DNA of 64,000 bases from an uncultured Rickettsiales bacterium (lineage in GTDB: Bacteria; Pseudomonadota; Alphaproteobacteria; Rickettsiales; UBA8987): positions 516,537 through 580,536 of the forward strand of contig CAYULD010000001.1 in NCBI GenBank assembly GCA_964445765.1. The letters are read 5' to 3'. A program made the position numbers and the translations under genes. Under the pieces are notes generated by a model. That model was not told where the DNA came from and made no database searches. It saw only the letters and a program-made list of their open reading frames with translations. Every line of letters begins with the position of its first letter. Positions within the stretch are counted from its first letter, which is position 1. This document shows positions 52,177-63,000 of this stretch, piece by piece.

Positions 52177-53412
52177 TTATGCAACTTTTTGCTTTTTTGC
52201 ATTTTGTGATAAGGCAATTATACCGGGCAAACCTTTACCTTCAAGCCATTCTAAAAATGCACCACCAGCCGTTGAAACATAAGTAAAGCTATTTACAACC
52301 CCTGCCACTGAGAGAAGTGCCACCGTATCACCTCCACCAGCGATAGATTTTAAACCATTTTCCCTTGTATTTATAGCAACTAATTTTGCAAGTGTAACAC
52401 TAGAATTTTCAAATGGTGAGGTTTCAAATGCACCAAGTGGGCCATTCCAAATTAATGTTTTACTATTAGAAATAATATTTTGCCAATTAATTATTGATTT
52501 TACACCTGCATCTAAAATCATATCATCATCAGCAATATCTTTAGATTTTACTTCACATTCAGCAAATTGCTTAAATTCTTTTGCGGTAGTAAAATCAATC
52601 GGCAAGTGGATTTTACAATTTTTCTTTTCTGCAAAATTTAATATTTCAAGAGCTTTATTTTTGAGATTTTTTTCACATAAAGATTTACCAATTTTCATAT
52701 TCTTAGCATATAAGAATGTATTAGCCATTCCGCCACCAATAATAAGGTTATCTGCTTTTTCTATTAGTGAAGTTAAAATATCAATTTTAGTAGAAATTTT
52801 AGAACCGCCAACAATTGCTGTTAATGGTTTTTCTGGGTTTTCTAGGGCTTGTGAAATATAAGTTACTTCTTTTTCTAAACATAAACCTGCGTAAGATGGC
52901 AAAAACTCAGTAACACCAGTGATAGAAGAATGAGAACGATGCGAGCAAGAAAACGCATCATTAACATAAAAATCAGCAAGGCTTGCAAGCTCTTTACTGA
53001 AGTTTTTATCATTACTTTCTTCCTCTGCGTGAAATCTTAAATTTTCAAGCAATAAAATATCACCATTTTGTAAATTTTTTGAGGCGTGCTCAGCAATAAT
53101 CCCCCTACAATCGCCTGCGAATTTTATTTCAATCTTTTCACCTGAAATTTCGGATAAACGCCTAGAAATTTCATCAACGATAGGGCTTAAAGAAAAAGAG
53201 GAATCAAATTTGCCCTCTGGCCTGCCAAAATGAGATATTAAAAGAATTTTTGCACCCGCCTTTTTTAATTTTAATATAGTTGGAATTACCGCGTTAATTC
53301 TAGTGCAATCTGAAACTTTGCCTTGCTTCATTGGCACATTGAGATCAGCCCTTAATAGAATTTTTTTGCCAATAATATTTTGTGATAATAAATCTTTAAT
53401 AGTCTTAAACAC
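52177..53412 (-). CDS. pgk: Phosphoglycerate kinase
   Basis: Contains LLRADLNVP, ISHFGRP and IAGGGDTVA. Confidence 0.95.
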   Translation of the reverse strand: MFKTIKDLLSQNIIGKKILLRADLNVPMKQGKVSDCTRINAVIPTILKLKKAGAKILLISHFGRPEGKFDSSFSLSPIVDEISRRLSEISGEKIEIKFAGDCRGIIAEHASKNLQNGDILLLENLRFHAEEESNDKNFSKELASLADFYVNDAFSCSHRSHSSITGVTEFLPSYAGLCLEKEVTYISQALENPEKPLTAIVGGSKISTKIDILTSLIEKADNLIIGGGMANTFLYAKNMKIGKSLCEKNLKNKALEILNFAEKKNCKIHLPIDFTTAKEFKQFAECEVKSKDIADDDMILDAGVKSIINWQNIISNSKTLIWNGPLGAFETSPFENSSVTLAKLVAINTRENGLKSIAGGGDTVALLSVAGVVNSFTYVSTAGGAFLEWLEGKGLPGIIALSQNAKKQKVA

Positions 53413-53509
53413 AGATTAATAATTTATTAGAATTTTAATTTTAGGGCTTTTTATATTAGTTTTTTAAAGTTTTCCAGCATTAAAAAGTAATTATAAATAA
53501 TTGCATATT

Positions 53510-54019
53510 TTATAATCTTAGATATTTCAGATTAAAATAATGCAAGAAAAATATTGCTGAGAAGAAGCTATAAAAAATATTCCAACCTGCCATTGAAAGC
53601 CCGAATAATTCAAATTGAACTTCATCACATCTAACATTTGGTGCATTAAAAATTGAAGCCCTTAACGCTTCAATAGAGCTTGCATCAAGGTTTGCGGTGC
53701 AATCTCCGAAATCCCACCAATCTTGCTCAACGCCGAAATGATAAAAGGAAATTCCAGTATTTATCAGAAAAGCTAAAATTGAGATAAAAACAACAGAAAG
53801 CCTTAATTTTCTATTTTTTATAAATAATGCCAAAACACTAAAAAATATTACCACAATGAATGGGTATCTTTGATAAATGCATAATGGGCAAGGTTGCATT
53901 CCAAAAAAATGCTGAGAAATAAGAGCTAGAGAAAGTGGAATAAAACCAGCTAAAAATAAAAAATATGGTGCATAATTTACATTGTAAATTACCTGTTTTA
54001 GCTGGTTATTTTTTTCCAT
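53510..54019 (-). CDS. dsbB: Disulfide bond formation protein B-like
   Basis: 4-TM protein with CPLCIYQRYPF in the first loop and a second Cys pair (C...C) in the large loop. Its start overlaps the rne 3' end by 22 nt. Confidence 0.7.
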   Translation of the reverse strand: MEKNNQLKQVIYNVNYAPYFLFLAGFIPLSLALISQHFFGMQPCPLCIYQRYPFIVVIFFSVLALFIKNRKLRLSVVFISILAFLINTGISFYHFGVEQDWWDFGDCTANLDASSIEALRASIFNAPNVRCDEVQFELFGLSMAGWNIFYSFFSAIFFLHYFNLKYLRL

Positions 54020-56691
54020 AAGCCCAATAATTTTGATGATTTTGGTTTATCGCTGTTAGAATTTTGATTTTCTTTTATTTCCTGAGCATTTGAAAAATTT
54101 TCAACATTATTATTTCTGTTATTTCTTTGATTGCTAGAAGAATTTTCAGAATTATTATTAGGCAAATATTCTATATTTTGATAATTGTTATTATTATTTT
54201 GCCTATTATCAAACCTACCATTTCTGCGGTTTCTATTACGCCTGCGGTTTCTATTTTTGTTAAAATTATTTCTTGGCTGTTGGTTTGAATAATCTTTTTC
54301 ATCATCAAATTGTTTTCTTTCAACTTCGCTAAATTCACTTGCCTGAGGAGCTTGATTTTCATTAGATGAATCTGCTGAAAAATTATCAGGATTATTAGCC
54401 TCAAACTCTTCCAAAGTAAGCCCAGAAGGCTTGTTAGGCTTATTGTTTTCCTGATAATTATTATTTTTATAATTTTGCTGATGAGGTTTTCTATGCCCTG
54501 ATTTTTGAGGCGAAACATCAAATTGGTTAGGCAATAAAAGATAATCTTCTTCTAAGAAAATTTTAACATTATCCGTTTGTTCAATTTTTTTAATATCTGC
54601 AATTCTATTTGCTTTAATGAAACTGCAAAGGTGAGAAGAGAGCCTAACATAAATTTCTCTGATAGATTTTCTGCCAGATTCGCCCTCAATTTTTCTAATT
54701 AGTTTTAATGCCAAACTTTCAGTTGATCGAACCGCCCCAAGCCCATTACACATTGGGCAACATTCTGAAGAATTTTCAATTAAGCTAGAGCTTATTCTTT
54801 GGCGAGACATCTCAAGCAAGCCAAAAGTGCTGATTCTACCAATTTGAATTTTTGCCCTATCAGAGCGAAGTGCGTCTTTAAGCTCCCTTTCAATGGCTTT
54901 GCGATTTCTAACTTCACGCATATCAATAAAATCAATCACCACTAAACCGGCTAAATCTCTAAGCCTTAACTGGCGAGCTATTTCCCTTGCGGCTTCTAAG
55001 TTGGTTTTATATGCGGTATCTTCAACGCTTCTTTCTTTGGTTGCCCTGCCGGAGTTCACATCAATAGAAACAAGGGCTTCTGTAGGCGTAATTACAATTG
55101 AGCCACCCGATTCAAGTTTTATTTCTCTTTCAAATAATTCATCAAGCCTTTCTTCAATTCTAAATTTTTGGAAGAGGGGAATTTGACCTTTATAATTCTT
55201 CACCTGATCTTTTTGATGTGGCGAAGTTAATTCTATAAAATTAATTGCTGAATTATATGAGGCATCACCCTCTATTAAAACCTCCTCAACATCACCCTTA
55301 AATAAATCTCTAATTGAGCGTTTTACAATATCACTCTCTTCATAAATTAAAGCAGGGGCGGTTGATTCAAGCGTTTGCTTTTTGATATTTTCCCATAGAT
55401 TTTTGAGGTAAAAATAATCTCTTTTAATATCATCTTCTTCTTTATCCATTCCAGCCGTTCTAACTATAAGGCTTGAGCCTTTATCAACCTCAAGAGATTT
55501 TACAATAGTTCTAATTCTTCTTCTTTCAGAAAAACTTGCAATTCTTCTAGAAACACCACCGCCATTTTCAGTGTTTGGCATAAACACGCAATATCTGCCA
55601 GCTAGTGCTAGATATGTTGTTAAAGATGCACCTTTATTGCCCCTTTCCTCTTTTACAACTTGCACTAAAACAACTTGATTTCTTCTAATAACTTCTTGAA
55701 TTTTATATTGCCTATAAAAACTATGGCGAGATTGGCTTTCCCTGCCCTCCTCTTCATCAACGGCGATATTTGGCAATTCTGCATCATCAAGATTTGGAAT
55801 TTCTTCAATATTAGAAATTATTTGAGTCTCAATTTCAGCTATTTCATTTTGAGGAACAACTTCAGAAATAATCTGCGGCTTAAATTCTTTTTCTGCTTCT
55901 GATTTTTCAACTTCTGCATTTATAATTTCATAATTTTTTTCAATAATTTCTGCTTGCACTTCACCTACGGATTCTGAAAATTTATTTTCACCATAAATTT
56001 CTTTTTCAAAAATTTGGGCAAGCTCTTCTGCACGAATTAAATCTGGAATATCTTTTTCAGTAAATGGGAATGGCGGAACATAATTTGCCCATTTGGATTC
56101 ATCAAATTGTCTATCTCTTCTAAATTTGCCACCTCTGTTATTTCTATCTCTATCCCTGCCGCCTCTATCTCTATCACGCTTAAATCTGCCACCCTTCTTA
56201 AAATTATTTTCTGAGCGTTCAGGTTTTGCGTTTTCTTGAGGTTCAATTTTAGGCTCTTCAATAATAGGTTGCACATCTACAATAATTTCAGCTGCAACAT
56301 TTTGAGGTGGAACATCTGAATTATTTTGTGGCTCAGAATTTATTATATTTTCAACATTATTTGGAATAAAATCATCTTCATCATCTAAATCAGCTTTATT
56401 GCTTTCTGCTTCAATAATTTTTGCGATTTTAATTTTATCTTCCGTTGGGATTTGGAAGTAATCATAATGAATTTCTGAGAAAGGTAAAAAACCCTGCTTA
56501 TTGCCACCATATTCAACAAAAGCCGCTTGTAGAGAAGGCTCAACCCTTGTTATTTTACCAAGATAAATATTGCTTTTAATTTGTTTTTTGTGATCTGATT
56601 CAAATTCAAATTCAATAAGTTTAGATTCATCCGCTAGAACAACGCGAATTTCCTCTGGATGCACAGCATCTATTAATAATCTTTTTGTCAT
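53998..56691 (-). CDS. rne: Ribonuclease E
   Basis: Contains the S1 motif KSNIYLGKITRVEPSLQAAFVEYGGNKQGFLPFSEI, then KEERGNKGASLTT, VSIDVNSG, VVIDFIDM and the Zn-link CPMCNGLG. About 245 aa are inserted within S1 and the C-terminal tail is Asn/Arg-rich. Confidence 0.9.
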   Translation of the reverse strand: MTKRLLIDAVHPEEIRVVLADESKLIEFEFESDHKKQIKSNIYLGKITRVEPSLQAAFVEYGGNKQGFLPFSEIHYDYFQIPTEDKIKIAKIIEAESNKADLDDEDDFIPNNVENIINSEPQNNSDVPPQNVAAEIIVDVQPIIEEPKIEPQENAKPERSENNFKKGGRFKRDRDRGGRDRDRNNRGGKFRRDRQFDESKWANYVPPFPFTEKDIPDLIRAEELAQIFEKEIYGENKFSESVGEVQAEIIEKNYEIINAEVEKSEAEKEFKPQIISEVVPQNEIAEIETQIISNIEEIPNLDDAELPNIAVDEEEGRESQSRHSFYRQYKIQEVIRRNQVVLVQVVKEERGNKGASLTTYLALAGRYCVFMPNTENGGGVSRRIASFSERRRIRTIVKSLEVDKGSSLIVRTAGMDKEEDDIKRDYFYLKNLWENIKKQTLESTAPALIYEESDIVKRSIRDLFKGDVEEVLIEGDASYNSAINFIELTSPHQKDQVKNYKGQIPLFQKFRIEERLDELFEREIKLESGGSIVITPTEALVSIDVNSGRATKERSVEDTAYKTNLEAAREIARQLRLRDLAGLVVIDFIDMREVRNRKAIERELKDALRSDRAKIQIGRISTFGLLEMSRQRISSSLIENSSECCPMCNGLGAVRSTESLALKLIRKIEGESGRKSIREIYVRLSSHLCSFIKANRIADIKKIEQTDNVKIFLEEDYLLLPNQFDVSPQKSGHRKPHQQNYKNNNYQENNKPNKPSGLTLEEFEANNPDNFSADSSNENQAPQASEFSEVERKQFDDEKDYSNQQPRNNFNKNRNRRRNRNRRNGRFDNRQNNNNNYQNIEYLPNNNSENSSSNQRNNRNNNVENFSNAQEIKENQNSNSDKPKSSKLLGLWKKITS

Positions 56692-57021
56692 TTTTGAAAT
56701 TCCTTTTCATTATATAGACTTAATAGTCAGTAATAAGTTTTTAATATTTTATTTTAGTCTGAGGGTAATTTAATGGGCTTATTAATTTATAAGCAGTCTA
56801 AAACCCTAAGATGAAAATTATTCCTATATTTTACAGGCTAGCAATGTGCCAAATAACCAAACCGATATGCATTATACATTATTTTATAAGGCTTTTACGC
56901 AATTAACTTTGTATGTATTTTTCCTTTCGGTAACAATCGGATTACAAATTATCAATTACATTAAAATGTTAATTTATGCAATAAGGAAGTATAATTTTTT
57001 GCAAAAAAGAAAATTTATAAA

Positions 57022-57057
57022 TTAAAAAAGGGCTTGAGAATTTAATCGCAAGCCCTT
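57022..57057 (-). terminator. Rho-independent terminator of the giant adhesin gene
   Basis: The minus strand reads AAGGGCTTG-CGATTAAATTCT-CAAGCCCTT followed by a T-run, 22 nt after the stop. Confidence 0.7.
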
Positions 57058-57079
57058 GTAAATAAAGGTGAATTTTTGA

Positions 57080-60000
57080 TTAGCTAAAAATTAGTATATC
57101 GTTTCCAAGTTTAGCAATCAACTCTGCTTCACTTACACCTTGGAAGGTCATTGATGAGTGATCGTCAACAACACCATTTCCATTTAAGTCTATTGCAAGA
57201 ACTGCATTACCATTTGCGTCTTGTGATATAATTGAGTTAGATTGCAATTTAGCAAGAGTATCAATAGCTTGACCATTAATGTTCAAGTTTTGAATCTCAA
57301 TTTTATCATCACCTTGTCCAAAATCTGTGATTATATCATCACCAGTTGCACCATTAGCAAAGTTAAATCTGAAAGTATCATTACCAAAATTTACCATATT
57401 GCCAACGCCTTGCGAATCAAGTGCATCTTGAAGAGCAGTAACGCTATTTATATCACCAGTAATGAAATATTCTTGACCATTAACAGTGAACTTATAAACA
57501 TCACCAGTTAGCATATCATTCTCTTTGCCACCTTCAATAATGTCATTGCCAAAGTTAAACTCATTATTATTGAGCCACATATCGTCATCATTAACAGATG
57601 CACCATCTCCTTGAGTAACATTTGTACCGTTACTATACTCAATAGCAATTTCTTTAGCATCACCGATAACGTGGTCATCACCTTTACCACCTTGGAGTAA
57701 ATCATTACCAAAGTTTAGAATGTTATTTTCAAACTTAACATTCGCACTTGCAGTTGCAATACCAGCTGAACATCCATCATCAACGATTGCAGTTGCATCA
57801 CCCTGCTGACCTTTAATAAGAAGCTTATTAACGTCACCAAGTGTTAAGTCATCACCATTACCTGCATTAACTTCGTCATTACCAAAAATAATTTCACCAT
57901 TAGACATTATAGCATCTGTATTTGCTTCCGCAAATTCATCGCCACCAAAAGTTACAGGGTTTGCTTTAGCATAAGCATTGCCAGATTTCACTGATAATGT
58001 TAGATCTTTAACATCACCAGAAACGATATTATCATCTTCATTTCCATTAACAATATCATCTTCATAATCTTTATTTGGCGTAACAGTTTCTGATGTACTA
58101 GAAACTTCCTCAGGATCATTTTCTGTTTCATCTTCAGTAACAAGCGTAATGCTATCATCATTAGGGTTGTTAGGGTTACCTGATGGATCACCAACTGTTG
58201 TAGTGTTATCATCTGGGTTATCTGAAACAACTAGCGTTACAGTTGCTGAATCTTCCTCACCACCCATACCACCATTTGGTGAATCTGTCGCTATATAATC
58301 AAATTCAACATTTGCTGTTTGGTTTGGCTCTAGTTTGAAGAATTCAGAATCAAATGAGATAGTTTTATTATCTGCAGCTACAACCAAGAATAATGGTAAT
58401 AAATTTCCAGCTATCATCACATCACCATTTTGCTGAACAGTCAAGCCTGTAGCATTATGAATACTTGGTGAAAGCCTGTTAATAGCATTTGGCCCCTTAA
58501 TTGTAATGCTTGTAATCGAGCCATTTTTAATAAATAACTCACCACCATCTGGGTCATTATCATTAGCAAGAACTTGAATAGTAGTAATTTTATTTTCAAA
58601 AATTGGAATATTATCATCAACCGCATTAATATCTCGGCCGACTATAATATTATTAGCAAGTGCAATATTACTTACATCTTTACCATCTGAAGCTTTATAT
58701 CTTAGCTGAATATTTATAGCTTGATCTGCTTGTAAATATTGGAATTGAGACTTATCAAAACTATATTCACCTGTATTCTGATTCAATGTAACATCAAACA
58801 CTTTACCAGCGTGAATACCAGCATTTGCACCAAATGTAACTTTATATAATGCAACCACCGCATTAACAGGCTGACCGTTTGTAGAATTTGTTCCACCACC
58901 TCCACCAACTAATTCAACAGTTACATCAACACCATCATAGCTGTGTATTCCAGTTTCAATAGAGTAAGTTAGCGGATCATTATCAGCATCGGTAGCTTGT
59001 AACTTGAATGTTAAGCTATTTGCTTGTGCCGTATCATTCTCATCAGTAAACGAATTACCATTCCAAGTTCCCACAATTGAACTGGTAATTGCATCTTCAT
59101 CTTCTACATTTGTAGTATCTTGAGCAACTGGTTTATTATTATTGTTAGTATCTTCTTTAATATTAATGGTTACCATACCAGAATCTTGCTCACCAAGATT
59201 ATTTGGATTATCACCATCAATTTTATAGTCAAAAGTGATAGTTGTTACTGGTAAGTTAGGTTGTAATTCAACATCACCATTTGTTTTTACAACTGCAACT
59301 AAACTTGCTCCATTATATAATTCAAAACCGTTATTTGTATTAACAACTGTTAGATCTACCGCCCCAAGCTTAGGGTTACTAACTTCAATTATCTCTAATG
59401 GGTGATCATTATCATCATTAACATCATTAGAAACTATATTCCCAATATTGCCTGAATTTCCAACAATCACATCAATGTTGTCATCATTAGCCATAGGGTT
59501 ATCACCTAATATTCTAACCTTCATATTTGTTGAAATAGAAGATGAGCCATCAGATACTAATACTGGTATTGTTAAATCTGCAAATTCATCTTTTAGTAAA
59601 TATTGAACATCCGCTTTATCCACTGTGATATGCGGTTTTCCATTAATGAAACTGAATGTTAAATCAATTGGATGACCAGCAATTCCATTATAAGTTAATG
59701 TTTGTGGTATATTATTATTTGCAATGTTAACACCATTAATAGTATATTTTAATGCTGTTAATGCAGTATCAGGATCAGTAACTTTAATTTCAAATGCTAA
59801 AGTTTGGTTTAATCCGTCATCTTTATCTCCAACTAAACCACTATTATCTTTTGCATTTTCATCATCTACATAATCCATTGCACTGAAAACTGGAGGTTTT
59901 TTACCACCTGTGCAAAGACCACAAGGCTCAACAATAATAGTAACATTGGCACTATCTTGCTCACCAACTAAATCCCCATTATCTTTTCCATCAACGGTGT

Positions 60001-63000
60001 ATGAGAATGTGATTGTTCCTTGAGCACTACCATTATATGAAACCGTACCATCTTTAGCAACATTTGCTATAACAACACCATTCATTAATAAATTGAATGA
60101 GCCATTAGGAATTTTGACAGAAACAAGATCAATATTTCCATTAAACTTAGCATTTTCAACTTTAATTACCTCTAGAGCATCTCCGTCTGGATCAATATCA
60201 ACTCCATTTCCATTATCTCCAGTAATAATATTGCCAATTACACCAAAGCTTGTAGTTTTGATATTTAAAAGGTCATCAGTAGCATTTGGAATACCACCAT
60301 GAATTGAAATTAAGACTGTTCCGTTAGCTGAAACACCATTTACATCTGTAACAGTGTAGTCAATACTTATTGCTTCAATTTGACCTTGTGATAGCCACTG
60401 CAACTCTTCAGTTACTAAATTAATTGTTCCATCATTATTGTTAATTATGGAGTAAACCATACCATTAACTGTAACTGTAGCAGGAACAGTATAAGTAAGA
60501 GGGCCATTATTGCTAGATGCTGGAAGAACAAACTTTAATTCACCATTAACACCTATTGAATCATTTGGATTAACAGCTTTTAAGCCATCTTCATCATCAG
60601 CATATTTTGTAACACCAAATGGGGTTTCAGGACCAGAATAGAACTTAACAATTACCTCTGCAGTATCTTCTTCGCCTGAGCTATTCGGCTGATTTGGAAT
60701 TAAATTATTTGGCAACCCATCAACTTTATAAGTTAATTTAAGATCACCGCCCGGGCCACCATTCCTAGTTATCGTGCCATCTGCATTAACTGTAGCAACT
60801 AAATCATTGCCAAGTTTTAATTGATAAGCACCATTTACCAATTCAACTGCAAGTGCCTGACCAGCAATTGATGCGTTTGTAACTGAGATAATTTCTAAAG
60901 AATCACCATCTGGGTCATTGTCATTAGCTAGAATACTTGTGGTAGATTGACCAATTAAATATTCATTATTTGTGAAATTATCATCATTAGCAACAACACC
61001 CACACCATCAATTGTTATTGTGATATCACTCTCCGCACTTGCTCCACTCGGATCCTCAACCTGATAATCAAACTTGAATGTTACACTCTCATTCTCCTTC
61101 AAGTCTTGGAACTCAGCAGGGTCAAATACCGCATAACCTAAACCATTTATAACCTCTACACTTATTCCTATCGTCCTTGTTGTTCCATCAGGAAACACCA
61201 CTAACACTGATGCTGGCGCACTATATATCAACGGATCTCCATTAGGATCACTCGCAGGCAACAAGAATGCTAACTTACCTGCCCCCTGATTATCTCCATC
61301 ATCATTCGATACTCCTATTATTCCATCCTCATCATCCCTCACCTTCGTCACTCCCTTCTCTGGCACCTCAGGTGGATTGTTACCTCCATGTAAACATACA
61401 ACTACATTCGCACTCGCCTGCTCACCTAAACTCGTCGCAACACCAGGCAATGAATCAGCTGTATATGCAAATGTAAATTCATTAGCATTAAACACACCTA
61501 AATTCTTCAACTTACCATCCGCTTGCAATATCGCAAACTCCTTATTATCAAAGAAGAATGAAAATGTCCCATCAGGATTAGCAACAACTTGTGCTGCATT
61601 TCCATCTAAAAATGCATTTGTAACCGTGATCAACTGGTCAACCGCATCTCCATCTGCATCACTATCATTATCAAACACACTCTTAATTGATGTCTGACCC
61701 GCACCTATTATGTCGTTTGTCCAATTATCAAACAATGCCACAGGCGATACACCATCAATTGTTATTGTGATATCACTCTCCGCACTTGCTCCACTCGGAT
61801 CCTCAACCTGATAATCAAACTTGAATGTTACACTCTCATTCTCCTTCAAGTCTTGGAACTCAGCAGGGTCAAATACCGCATAACCTAAACCATTTATAAC
61901 CTCTACACTTATTCCTATCGTCCTTGTTGTTCCATCAGGAAACACCACTAACACTGATGCTGGCGCACTATATATCAACGGATCTCCATTAGGATCACTC
62001 GCAGGCAACAAGAATGCTAACTTACCTGCCCCCTGATTATCTCCATCATCATTCGATACTCCTATTATTCCATCCTCATCATCCCTCACCTTCGTCACTC
62101 CCTTCTCTGGCACCTCAGGTGGGTCATTAGGGTTATCATTGCTATTACCAACTATTCCTATTGTTGCTTTCGCATCCGCACTAGTTAAACCATTAGAATC
62201 TGTCACATTATACTTCAATACAAATTCTATCGCTTCTTTGTCATTTAAAAACTGCATATCTGCCGTTCTAAACGCAAACTCCTGACCTCCATTATGCACT
62301 AACTCAAACACCCTACCAGCATACGCTCCAGAAGTTATCTCATAAGAATAAACTCCAGCTACCGCTGTCGGCGACACCGTAACATCCATTCCATCAACAA
62401 TATAAGAACCAGTAACTATCTTATATACCACAGGAATATTATTCGTTACTACATCACTAAACTTAAACCTTAAATCTGTAAGATCATTATTTATATCCTC
62501 ATTCTTATCTGCATATTGCGTGCCTCCAGGCGTTACACCAACTATCCCTCCTGTATCTATATCATCCTCATCATCCGCCACCACTATATTATCATTCAAT
62601 ATTACCGGCGGATTACCCTTATCATTGCTATTACCAACTATTCCTATTGTTGCTTTCGCATCCGCACTAGTTAAACCATTAGAATCTGTCACATTATACT
62701 TCAATACAAATTCTATCGCTTCTTTGTCATTTAAAAACTGCATATCTGCCGTTCTAAACGCAAACTCCTGACCTCCATTATGCACTAACTCAAACACCCT
62801 ACCAGCATACGCTCCAGAAGTTATCTCATAAGAATAAACTCCAGCTACCGCTGTCGGCGACACCGTAACATCCATTCCATCAACAATATAAGAACCAGTA
62901 ACTATCTTATATACCACAGGAATATTATTCGTTACTACATCACTAAACTTAAACCTTAAATCTGTAAGATCATTATTTATATCCTCATTCTTATCTGCAT

